Shown here: positions 54,958 through 64,000 of the stretch, one piece after another
Layout: each line of letters opens with the position of its first letter
How positions within the stretch are numbered: the stretch's first letter is position 1
NCBI GenBank assembly: GCA_973895155.1
Contig: OZ316895.1
Coordinates: 3,583,659-3,647,658 of the forward strand
Source of the DNA: Marsupella aquatica
Lineage: Eukaryota > Plantae > Marchantiophyta
Direction: 5' to 3'
Length of the DNA: 64,000 nt
Notes under the pieces: model-generated
What the model was told of the DNA's origin: nothing
Database searches by the model: none
What the model saw: the letters and a program-made list of their open reading frames with translations, nothing else
Translations under genes and position numbers: made by a program

Positions 54958-55225
54958 AAACCAGCTCACTATTCAGACCTCCATTCTCATCAACAACAAA
55001 GTAGGCACATCTACACCCATTTGTATAATCCGTTGGAAAGCACAAACACATGGTTGGAATGGAGGTCAGTTTAGGGTCCAGGGGCTTTGTAGACTCCAAA
55101 CCAGCTCACTATTCAGATCTCCATTCTCATCAACAACATAATCTACACATCTAGACCCATTATTTTCTATAATCCATTGGAAAGTGCAAACACATGATTT
55201 GAGGAATGGAGGTCAGTCTAGGGTG
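54958..55225. repeat. Direct repeat, 2 x ~140 bp, each unit containing an imperfect stem-loop
   Basis: AAACCAGCTCACTATTCAGA.CTCCATTCTCATCAACAAC at 54958 and 55098; GACCTCCATTC pairs with GAATGGAGGTC within unit 1, with a one-mismatch equivalent in unit 2. Confidence 0.85.
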
Positions 55226-55667
55226 GGGGTTTGTGGACTGTAACATTGCCATCTCAATGCCCCTCAACAGACCCTTAGAGCATCTCCAACGGTGCCTCCA
55301 AGGAGCACCGTAAACAACAAACCACCTACTAGCGGCCAGTATTTGGAGTTTTTAATCTCCAACGGTGTCGGCTTCCGTAAATTTATGGAGGAAGCCGCTA
55401 CTTTTCCTCCCTCCACGCCGCTACTTCCTGGTAGGAAGGCGGTCGCCATTTGAAACCTGGCTGCTTGCCTGCAAATCGATCGACGGCAAGAAAACGTCCA
55501 CGCGGCACTCGCGATGTGAAGCAGTGCTCGCGCCAGAATTCTCTAAATTTCCCGCTTGGACTGCCATGAACAATGCTTCTCGTGGCCACACGGTGTTGTC
55601 GTGCAAAGCTGACATTTTGAGACTCACGAGAATTGCAGTGAAATTCCGCGTACGAAGGTGTGCAAAC

Positions 55668-56678
55668 ATGGCAGCAAGTCGTGGGAAAAATTACGGTCCA
55701 GAGGAGCTCAAACAATTATGCTACAGTGTACTCCATGTGTCCCAAGATCCTTGCATTGGTGTAGGACAAAGAGCAGAGAGATTTTGGGACCGGGTGACTG
55801 AGCATTACGAGAAGCACAAACCAAAGGGAACTGAATCGAGGGGTCAAAAATCACTGGAAGGGAAGTGGTCTGATGTGAAACACGATGTATCAAAGTTCAT
55901 TGGATGTTTTCAACAAGTAGATGACCTCCAAATTTCAGTGACCAACGTTGATGACACTGTGGTGAAAGCAAAGGAATTGTTCAAGCAGAACCATCCCAAA
56001 GGGAAATCTTTCTCTTTCGAATCTTGCTTCTGGATTTTGAAAGATTGTCCACGGTGGGGGAATCCAGCAGACGACATGGCGAAAGGAAAGGGGAGGAAAT
56101 CAGATGCATCCAAGGGCGACACAATAGAAAATGAGAACTCTAGCCAGAGTCCCATTGTCATTGAGAATGGTGACAATGAAAGTGTTGACAGACAGCATGA
56201 AGAACCTGCTGAAGATCGGCAATGTGACATGAGGAAGAGGCCGGTGGGAAACAAGAGAGCCAAGGAAGATCACAAGCGAGCGAAGCTTGAACAAGAAGCA
56301 ATGAAGATGGCTGCAAATGCCCAAAGGGAGATGGCAGCTGCGAATCGTGATCGGGTCAAGACATTGCAAAACAATTCACTGATGAAGCTACTTACATTGC
56401 CTACGGACAACATGGAACCAGAGCTCCGTGATTACGTAAGACAATGGAAGTTAGAAGAGGCCAGAAAACTCAAAGCTCAGATGCAAACTACGGAACCTGC
56501 ACAGAATCCACTTCCTAATTTTCCAGAGACCAGGGTTGACGATCCTGTTTTTGATGATAGCACAACTGACCAGAATGAAAACATAGGCGTAGCAGCAGAC
56601 CATGTAGATTTTGAAGTAGAATTGCAGCCATGTGCACCTGGATTTTCTTTCCAGGGATTGTTAGCTAGCCAGTTGTAG
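55668..56678 (+). CDS. Harbinger/Pong ORF1: Myb/SANT-like DNA-binding plus NAM-associated domain protein (336 aa)
   Basis: RGKNYGPEELKQLC.SVLHVSQDP..GVGQ..ERFWDRV, R..KSL..KW..VKHDVSKF, FSFESCFWILKDCPRW, RPVGNKRAK. Confidence 0.9.
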   Translation: MAASRGKNYGPEELKQLCYSVLHVSQDPCIGVGQRAERFWDRVTEHYEKHKPKGTESRGQKSLEGKWSDVKHDVSKFIGCFQQVDDLQISVTNVDDTVVKAKELFKQNHPKGKSFSFESCFWILKDCPRWGNPADDMAKGKGRKSDASKGDTIENENSSQSPIVIENGDNESVDRQHEEPAEDRQCDMRKRPVGNKRAKEDHKRAKLEQEAMKMAANAQREMAAANRDRVKTLQNNSLMKLLTLPTDNMEPELRDYVRQWKLEEARKLKAQMQTTEPAQNPLPNFPETRVDDPVFDDSTTDQNENIGVAADHVDFEVELQPCAPGFSFQGLLASQL

Positions 56679-57339
56679 TGCCGTGGGCATCACTCGATCA
56701 ATCTCGATGAATGCTGAGATCTATGTTTGCACATTGATTAATAAAAGTGATTCAAGTGTTGCACGAAACATTCCAGATTGCAAATCCACAAAGTGAGGAT
56801 TCACATATAATTCGACCATTGCCCTACAAGAAAGAAAACTGCGTTCTCAAGGCCTAGAGATGCTAACTAAGCAGTTCGTAAATAGTTGTAGTCTGGACAT
56901 TTTCGATTGGCTTGGATAGAAGTACATTGACATGAAAACAGATGAAACAGCCACCTTTCAGTGTCAAGCTTGAGCTTTTGAACCTGTATATGCAAGGTCG
57001 GAAACTCAGGTATCACAAAACATTACGTAAAATCTGAGTGAAAGTTACAAAAAGCCCGAGAGCAGAGACGAGAAAACAGATTTCCAGAAGCTAAGAAATG
57101 TTCTCTACGGCAATTCGAATCAAAAAAGTTTCAATAAATATAATAAGGTTTACAAAATTGGAGGCCACGGCTTCCTGTTCCATACGGCCAAGCTATGAGC
57201 CATTCTGAGTCTTCCCCTACAACCTGCCTGGACAAAGTCTTGGACAAAACGGCCAGCCTGGACCCTAAAATTGGTCATTGAAGCTTGCTAATTGCTAAAG
57301 CTGCTAATTGCCAAATTGGTCACTGAAGCTTTCCGAAAA

Positions 57340-57633
57340 TCATTCTAAAACCCTAGATTTACGCTTCGGTGGTTTGCGCTTTGGGCTAGGGGGTGGCTTT
57401 GTGAAAACCACATAGCAATCATCACTCGAGGTAGATTGGTTGGTGCTGAGACGATCCGAAAGTGCATCATCGTCATCAGTATCCTCCATCTCTGCCATAA
57501 CTTGAGCCTCCAGAGAATTTTCGGGCTCAAATTCCATGAGCTTCATCTCCAATGGTGCTTTCTTGCTTGCCTCCTTTCCTGTCACCTTTGCTGGAGGTGC
57601 CCATGGTTTGCCATTCTTCTTCTGCTCTTCCAT
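57340..57633 (-). CDS. Putative third ORF of the Harbinger element (97 aa, acidic tract and basic NLS-like tail)
   Basis: MEEQKKNGKPWAPP...EMEDTDDDDALSD...PPPSPKRKPPKRKSRVLE*; ATG in good context (AAACATGG); acceptor-like TTTTTTATTATTAG just upstream. Confidence 0.45.
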   Translation of the reverse strand: MEEQKKNGKPWAPPAKVTGKEASKKAPLEMKLMEFEPENSLEAQVMAEMEDTDDDDALSDRLSTNQSTSSDDCYVVFTKPPPSPKRKPPKRKSRVLE

Positions 57634-57998
57634 GTTTGATTGCCTCCTTGCAATGCTAATAATAAAAAAATTGTGGGTACGTCCTCTGGACCACCAAGTC
57701 AAGCACCAAAAAAATTTGAGAGCTTCGAATTGGGCCTACAGGTTCAATTCCCGAGTTTCTCCCGAGTTTCATGTACCTGCCTCGACAGTATCTCCCAAGT
57801 TTCCTGTACTTCCAAATACATGGATTGAAGTTCAGTCAAGGTGGAAGCAAGTCAAATGTACTCTGTCTACCATGACATCATCACTCAATTCAGACCTGTG
57901 ACTTGGTACCCTCAAGTCCCAAGGTAGTACTCGTGTGTTTCATTTAAGAAAATAAATGCAGGGTTGTGCAAGAAAAACTCCAAAGACTCACCTGAATT

Positions 57999-59309
57999 TC
58001 AGTGATCAGAAAGACCAGACCCCTTTCTATTCCAAAGGTGATCAACAATGTCATTTCTCAACCGAAAATGGTTAGCCTTGTTGTTAATTTCAGCTGTTGC
58101 AGCAAGGAACTCCAGCCATGGCAGATTTACCCTATTCACTCTTGCTGCAGGAACCCTTAAATATGGAGGAAAATTCTCATCTCTCTCATCCTCAACAATC
58201 ATATTGTGGAGGATGACACAAGCAAGCAAAATATTTACAATGTTCTTTTCGTACCAAGACCTGGCAGGCCTCCTCACTATCTCAAATCTAGCTTGGAGGA
58301 CCCCAAATGCCCTCTCCACATCTTTTCTTGCTGCCTCCTGACATCTTGCAAAATGCTTCAACTTATCAGACTGTGGCATGTGCACAGTGGATATGAACAT
58401 GGACCACTCTGGATAAATTCCATCCACCAGCAGATAAGCTCGTTTGTACTCTGTACCATTGACATGGAAACTGACATTGGCCGAATCATTATGCAACCAT
58501 TCATTTAGAAGTGGTGATCGGTCAAGCACATTCAGGTCATTATTTCCCCCAGCCAGCCCAAAAAAGGCATGCCAAATCCACAATTCTTGATCAGCAATTG
58601 CTTCCAATATGATGGATTTGTTTCTGTCCTTGTCACTGTATTGGCCTTGCCAAGCAACAGGACAATTCTTCCATGCCCAATGCATGCAATCCAATGAACC
58701 AAACATACCTGGAAAACCTCACTCTGCATTAATTTGAAGGTGTCTTTCAAAATCTTCAGCTGTTGGCTTCCTCAAATAGTGACCCTCATACAACTCTCTG
58801 ATGGCTTTCACAAAGCGATACAAAGACTCTAGTGCTATGCTTTCAGCAATTCTACAATACTCATTCAAAGCATCTGCTCCAAGTCCATAAGCTAATTGCC
58901 TCAATGCTGCTGTCAACTTTTGATGTGGAGACAATCCTACTTTCCCTGCAGCATCAACCTTGCGACAAAAATAAGTGTCGTGTGCACAGACATCAACAAG
59001 AATCTTGTTAAACAAACTATTGCTCATTCTGAATCTCCTTCTGAATTTTAATTCATCATAGGTTGGTGCATCAGAAAAGTAGTCATTCCATAGGTCGTCT
59101 GCCCCTTTTTCTCTGTGCCTCTCAACATTCTCACTTCTGCCTGGCCTAGACCCTCCGTGCTTTCTTTTCCTAGAGTGCTGGCCAATATTTGGAATGGAAA
59201 GGGTTCCACTGAACATTATCAACTCCCAGAATCTTTGTTCCTCATCACAATCCGCCGCCTCCTCCTCCAATTCTTCGTTGAGATCTGCCAGCCATCTTTC
59301 GAGGTCCAT
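57999..59309 (-). pseudogene. Pong-type Harbinger DDE transposase (436 codons) interrupted by one in-frame TGA at 58719-58721
   Basis: FRRRFRM, DAAGKVGLSPHQKLTAALRQLAYG, YLRKPT, NAE*GFPGMFGSLDCMHWAWKNCP, NDLNVLDRSPL, YLLVDGIYPEW, QEAARKDVERAFGVLQARF, ACVILHNMIVEDE; both ORF-track pieces are in the same frame. Confidence 0.95.
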
Positions 59310-60378
59310 TCTGAACAGATGATCAATGTGCAGTCCAGGCTTGTCAGCACTGCTTCAATTTATCCCGATCAAAATGGATGAAGGTCATGGTCGCATGAAA
59401 GCGAAGGCGGCAGCAAGGGCGAACACACAACACAAATCACTTGAAAAAAATAAATGAAGTTGCACGATCGACATGCATTCTACGACGGAACCTCTGTTGC
59501 GTCAAAACGTGAGTCGAGGTCTCGTGAGGAGTCGAGGTCTGCAAGAAACAGAGGGATCACTTCACACCAAAGTGAATCCAACGTGTGTGAGAATCCTCCC
59601 CACAGCTGTGGGCCCCAGTTCGTACCCGCGCATATGGGATGGAGGTCAGAATGGGGTGTTGCCGTTGGGGATTGCGTTAAAGTAGGGTGACTCTCCATTT
59701 TGGCAAGCGCCATTTCACCTGCCATATGATGGGGATAGGGGCCACAAATCTCCAAACCGTTGGAGATGCTCTTACATCTATATTTTGGGGAGCATCAGAT
59801 AGCAAGCCAGTGAGATCACGTGCATATCCATTATTGTCACACCTTTTACAAATCGCTATTTTGGTGAATGGTGACATTGCTCTCAGTCTGAGTTGAAGAA
59901 GGTGTGAAGCATATGGAGGACAACCCCACTACTCTAACCCCAATATCACACTAACACGGCCATCCAGGTGTCCGGCCAGGCATTCACCAAGAGGGTGGAT
60001 GATCGTTTTTTTGTAGTGGGAAAGATTTGCCAGCTTTCGCCATTTTTGACAAAAAATTGCTAGAATTTTGCACTCATTAGCCAGTGTCCCACCTGATCAT
60101 AGGTCCCACTAGCCAGAATCTAACGGCCATCCTCAAATTTAGGGAGATCTGACACTCAGGAAAATACCTAGAAAAGGAATACTTTGAGCATCTTCTCCTT
60201 CACCCACTGGACATTAGCCACTCTGGCAAAAAAAGTAAAAAACCTTAAAAAATACCTTGTGGGGATGCTCTGACCTTGGCCCACGGTGTCTATTACACAA
60301 AGGCGGATGACAGTGTAATGTGCTTCTAACTTACAGGATGAAACATACAGAGGGCTTTATCTTACACGTATGACCTAT

Positions 60379-60387
60379 AAACCCTAA
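60379..60387 (+). promoter_or_regulatory. Telo-box (AAACCCTAA) upstream of the Notchless gene
   Basis: Motif ~110 bp before the ATG; telo-boxes are typical of plant ribosome-biogenesis gene promoters. Confidence 0.55.
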
Positions 60388-60492
60388 ACCCCAAACCCCG
60401 ACCTTAGTCTAATAGTCTTGCCTTGTTTCGATTCACCGAAGGAGCGGATCGCCCATAAATTTCATGGGTGTAGATTTGGCAGGGCGGTGCTA

Positions 60493-61905
60493 ATGGGAGC
60501 TCCCACCAACAATCTGATATGTATCTTGACCGATCCCGAGGGCCGGAACTTGGGAAGCACATTCGACCTGCCGCAGAATGCAGGCCCGAAGGAGCTCCAC
60601 GCTCTCGTGAACGCCGTCCTCCAAAACGAAGAGAAGCTGCCTTACACTTTTGTGATCAACGATGTAGAGCTCGGTGGAGAGCTTGGCGCTCATGTGCTGA
60701 AGAATAAGGTCACCGTCGAGCAGGTGCTGCAAATTGTTTGTCACCCACAAGCGGTCTTTCGAATTCGGCCGGTCACTCGGTGCTCTGCTACGATCTCTGG
60801 TCATTCTGAGGCTATTTTGTGTGTGGCTTTCAGCCCTGATAGTCAGCAGCTGGCGAGTGGGTCTGGGGACACCTCTGTTAGGTTTTGGGACATCCACACG
60901 CAGACGCCTGTGACGTCAGGAACAGGGCACAAGAATTGGGTGCTGTGCATTTCGTGGTCTCCGGATGGCAAGCAGCTGATAAGCGCGAGCAAAGATGGTG
61001 AGATTCGGTTGTGGGATCCTTCCACTGGGAAAGCTAATGGGATCCCCATGAATGGTCACAAGAAATGGATCACCGGTTTGGCTTGGGAGCCGGTTCATCT
61101 TCAGGCTCCGTGCAGGCGCTTTGCCAGTTCTAGCAAAGATGGGGATGTGCGGATTTGGGACACTGTGCTGAGGAAGTCTGTGGTCTGTCTCAGCGGTCAT
61201 ACTCTCGCTGTTACCTGTGTCAAATGGGGTGGTGACGGTCTAATTTATTCCGGCTCGCAGGATTGCACAATAAAGGTGTGGGAGACTGGCCAGGGGAAGC
61301 TGATTAGAGAGCTGAAAGGCCATGGGCACTGGGTGAATACTCTCGCCTTGAGCACTGAACATATTTTGAGGACCGGTCCATATGATCACACCGGTAAAGT
61401 GTTTACTTCACCAGATGAGGCTAAATCGTCCGCTCTTGCAAGATACACGGCGGCTAGAAAGAATGCACCCGAGAGGCTTGTATCCGGGTCAGATGATTTT
61501 ACAATGTGTTTGTGGGAGCCTGCAACCACAAAAACTGTGAAAACACGAATGACTGGGCATCAGCAACTTGTGAACCATGTTATGTTTTCACCTGATGGGC
61601 GATGGGTGGCAAGTGCCTCCTTTGATAAATCTGTTAAGCTTTGGGATGGCTTCACTGGAAAATTCATTGCAAGCTTTCGAGGACATGTCGGGCCCGTTTA
61701 TCAAATAAGTTGGTCTGCAGACAGCAGGCTTCTTTTGAGTGGTAGCAAAGACTCTACTCTGAAGATTTGGGAGATCCGGACTTCGAAGCTTTGTGAGGAT
61801 CTTCCCGGTCATGCTGATGAGGTGTTTACAGTTGATTGGAGTCCTGATGGTAGGAAAGTGGTATCCGGAGGGAAGGATAGACAGCTGAAGTTGTGGATGA
61901 GTTAA
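60493..61905 (+). CDS. NLE1: Notchless homolog (NLE1/Rsa4 WD40 60S ribosome-biogenesis factor), intronless, 470 aa
   Basis: N-terminal NLE domain (ICILTDPEG...NEEKLPYTF...VEQVLQIV..PQAVFRIRPVTRCS) plus WD40 repeats, RLVSGSDDFT, DLPGHADEVFTVDWSPDG. Confidence 0.97.
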   Translation: MGAPTNNLICILTDPEGRNLGSTFDLPQNAGPKELHALVNAVLQNEEKLPYTFVINDVELGGELGAHVLKNKVTVEQVLQIVCHPQAVFRIRPVTRCSATISGHSEAILCVAFSPDSQQLASGSGDTSVRFWDIHTQTPVTSGTGHKNWVLCISWSPDGKQLISASKDGEIRLWDPSTGKANGIPMNGHKKWITGLAWEPVHLQAPCRRFASSSKDGDVRIWDTVLRKSVVCLSGHTLAVTCVKWGGDGLIYSGSQDCTIKVWETGQGKLIRELKGHGHWVNTLALSTEHILRTGPYDHTGKVFTSPDEAKSSALARYTAARKNAPERLVSGSDDFTMCLWEPATTKTVKTRMTGHQQLVNHVMFSPDGRWVASASFDKSVKLWDGFTGKFIASFRGHVGPVYQISWSADSRLLLSGSKDSTLKIWEIRTSKLCEDLPGHADEVFTVDWSPDGRKVVSGGKDRQLKLWMS

Positions 61906-63879
61906 TGAGCATCTGCCACTGTCTCGTGAAGATTTTTTTAGGTATGTGTCTGAATTATTTACTCCTGTTCAGGGGCAAACTTGATTTTCGTTAGCGATTA
62001 CCGCCGTAGGAGCGTGAGCAAAACATTGTCCATGGTGGACTGCGGAATTTTATTGTAAATATTTGAGTGGACTTATCCAGGAAAGTTTATGAAAGCGATC
62101 TCCCATGGTTGTAACTTGTGGATCAGAAGCGAATGATATTCGGGTTTCCTTTGAGTGTGACTTTGCTGCCCATTTCTACATTATAAATTTTGGTGGAAGT
62201 TTCTTATTTGCGTAGCAACCTTACTCTTGTAAAATTTTATAGCGGAGATTTTGCTTTGCGTGGAATGTGTAAATGGTGACCCAGTGTCCTTGCCTGAATT
62301 GGTATTTACAAGCAAGCTCACAAGCCAACAGAGCTTGCCACGGCCAGTACACTAAAGCTACACTGCAGTCTTTTGAAGCTTATCTGTACCTATTCCAGCA
62401 GTCAAGTGAGGACTGTTTCTTCATACGCTTTTCTCACTCGTTTGCAAAGAGTTTTCAGGACATGAGCAATGCAAGAATGTAGATCATTATTCGACAGCTA
62501 CTCACGCAGACATGGGGTCAAGTCGTCTGTGAAACAGCGTTCTAGGGAGAATAACTGGACACATTTGCTTGATAACCCCAAACCAAGATTTCTCTACGAG
62601 GAAACATAGTTGCAAATCTTGTCTTCGGGTACTCTGTCCAAAGAGAGAGTTGCAACTATGATGAGACGAGACGCCACTTGGAAACTTCTATCAGCATCAT
62701 AATATGAATAACGATTTTACGAAAGTGTTTAGCAAACCTCTCTCCAAGAACCGACACCTACTTTGTAATACGCGTGGTGCTTTAGTAACAGTGTGTTGAG
62801 CAGACCTCTCTTGATGTCGATTTCAAAAATTTGTAGTGTATCATTGCTTCCTGAAGTTCAAACGCTTTGGTTTCCTGTTCTTCCAAAAATGGGGTCTCAG
62901 TAATGAACGCCTTCGATGTTGTGACGTAGGCTCTTCTTAATTGTACTTCCGAATATTCATTTCTTAAACATGTGCAAGCTCACTCGATTTATCGACCCGT
63001 TCGAACGAGACGAACGAGTTAATTATGGCTGTACATTATTGTGGAGCAAATCAACAGATGGTTTAATTGAGAGGGTTAATGGATTTAATTGCTTTTGGCG
63101 ATGAAGAAAGCACATTGGATGGCTATCAGGCTCTGTTGGAAGCTACAGTTGGGCAAGTCAAACAATTATACAGTTCTTATGGGAGATCTAAAGTTTAATT
63201 GATTGGACAGTTAACTGGAAATTCGATTGTGTTTGAAGTGAGACGTTTTTCGGAGTAAACGGCCGTAAACAGCACAGGCTGTCATTGACGTCTCCACCAG
63301 AGTCTCCACCGAACAAATGGAAAACGTTATTGAACGTCCAGCATAACCTTCCAAACTGCAGGTTAGAATCTGACTCTTTTTCAATTGATACAATCGCTAA
63401 TTACAGGATGTACAGAAACACTGCTCCTCCTTCCCTTCGTCCCAGGTCCTGAGAAATATGAAGGATGCTCAACGTCTTCACACTTCATAGTCAGTAATCT
63501 GTCCAGAACTGCAACTAATGAAAGGACTCTTCATTGTGACCTATGTTCAATACCGATCTCGCTTACCTTACTGTTCCCTTCCTATCAGTTGGCTTGATAG
63601 TCCGACCCAAGCTACCAATCTTTTTCTCTTCAGCTCATATTCTCTTCACATCTCCACTTTTCTTCCCTGAATTCATGATAAGACCTGTGATCACCAGGTT
63701 TCTCTTTTCTCTCATAAGTGCCTTTCACTTTTCTTCTCCTCTTCTCTTTCCTTCCATGTTCCACTACAAGGCGCTCAAAATCATATACTTGAAACTCTCG
63801 TCCATTAGAAACTCTCTTGATCGGAATGTTACATTGAATTAAACCCAGGGCCAATGAAACTGGCACGTAACAAAGTTAC

Positions 63880-64000
63880 TCACTCCTTAATGTCGTCGGC
63901 ATCCTTGACCTCATCCCGCCTCTCCTCACCCGAGGCCACAAAAGCTCTCTTGGCCAGCTCATAAACCAAGAAAGTAACAGCAGTCGCGGGCACGATCTGG
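63880..64000 (-). CDS. 3' end of a mitochondrial carrier family (SLC25-type) gene, partial
   Basis: The minus frame reads QIVPATAVTFLVYELAKRAFVASGEERRDEVKDADDIKE*, matching the helix-6 VP...F..YE..KR motif of carriers; the gene continues beyond the window. Confidence 0.7.
   Translation of the reverse strand, partial: QIVPATAVTFLVYELAKRAFVASGEERRDEVKDADDIKE

Larger units (their letters stand above)
55278..59771. mobile_element. Full-length PIF/Harbinger (Pong-type) DNA transposon
   Basis: Perfect 16-bp TIRs GAGCATCTCCAACGGT (55278-55293) and ACCGTTGGAGATGCTC (59756-59771); TTA TSD at 55275-55277 and 59772-59774; encodes a Myb-like ORF1 and a DDE transposase. Confidence 0.97.

Noticed and set aside
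55365-55667. N-terminal extension of the 437-aa ORF-track call
   Set aside because: It starts at a non-ATG codon in the subterminal region; ORF1 homology begins at the ATG at 55668
60259-60273. Tourist-like right end GTGGGGATGCTC-TGA
   Set aside because: No matching left TIR with a TSD found nearby
60418-60492. 25-aa TTG-initiated extension of Notchless
   Set aside because: Non-ATG start; the ATG at 60493 gives the normal family length

Overview
Eukaryotic nuclear DNA from a land plant. Long 5' leaders, divergent multi-exon genes and the repeat style suggest a non-seed plant such as a liverwort, but this is inference only. Host genes: an intronless serine acetyltransferase (+, 4494-5810), a 7-exon peroxisomal PMP22/Mpv17 gene (+, 16294-19070), a multi-exon DEG7/Nma111-type protease (-, 20647-31083), an intronless Notchless WD40 gene (+, 60493-61905) and the 3' end of a mitochondrial carrier gene (-, running off the window end). 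The ORF track misses a micro-exon C2-domain-like gene or pseudogene (-, about 7.5-10.2 kb). The 37.7-59.8 kb interval is a transposon island. It holds a ~17 kb block bounded by ~600-700 bp diverged inverted repeats, carrying a CACTA TnpA-like gene, a Ulp1 SUMO-protease pseudogene, unknown decayed genes and an array of GATAAATTTATC palindromes. This is followed by a complete 4.5 kb Pong-type PIF/Harbinger element with 16-bp TIRs, a TTA TSD, convergent ORFs, a single nonsense codon in the transposase and an unexplained third ORF. Several foldback/hairpin elements and a highly structured GC-rich island upstream of the SAT gene are also present. All calls come from manual reading; no database searches were run.
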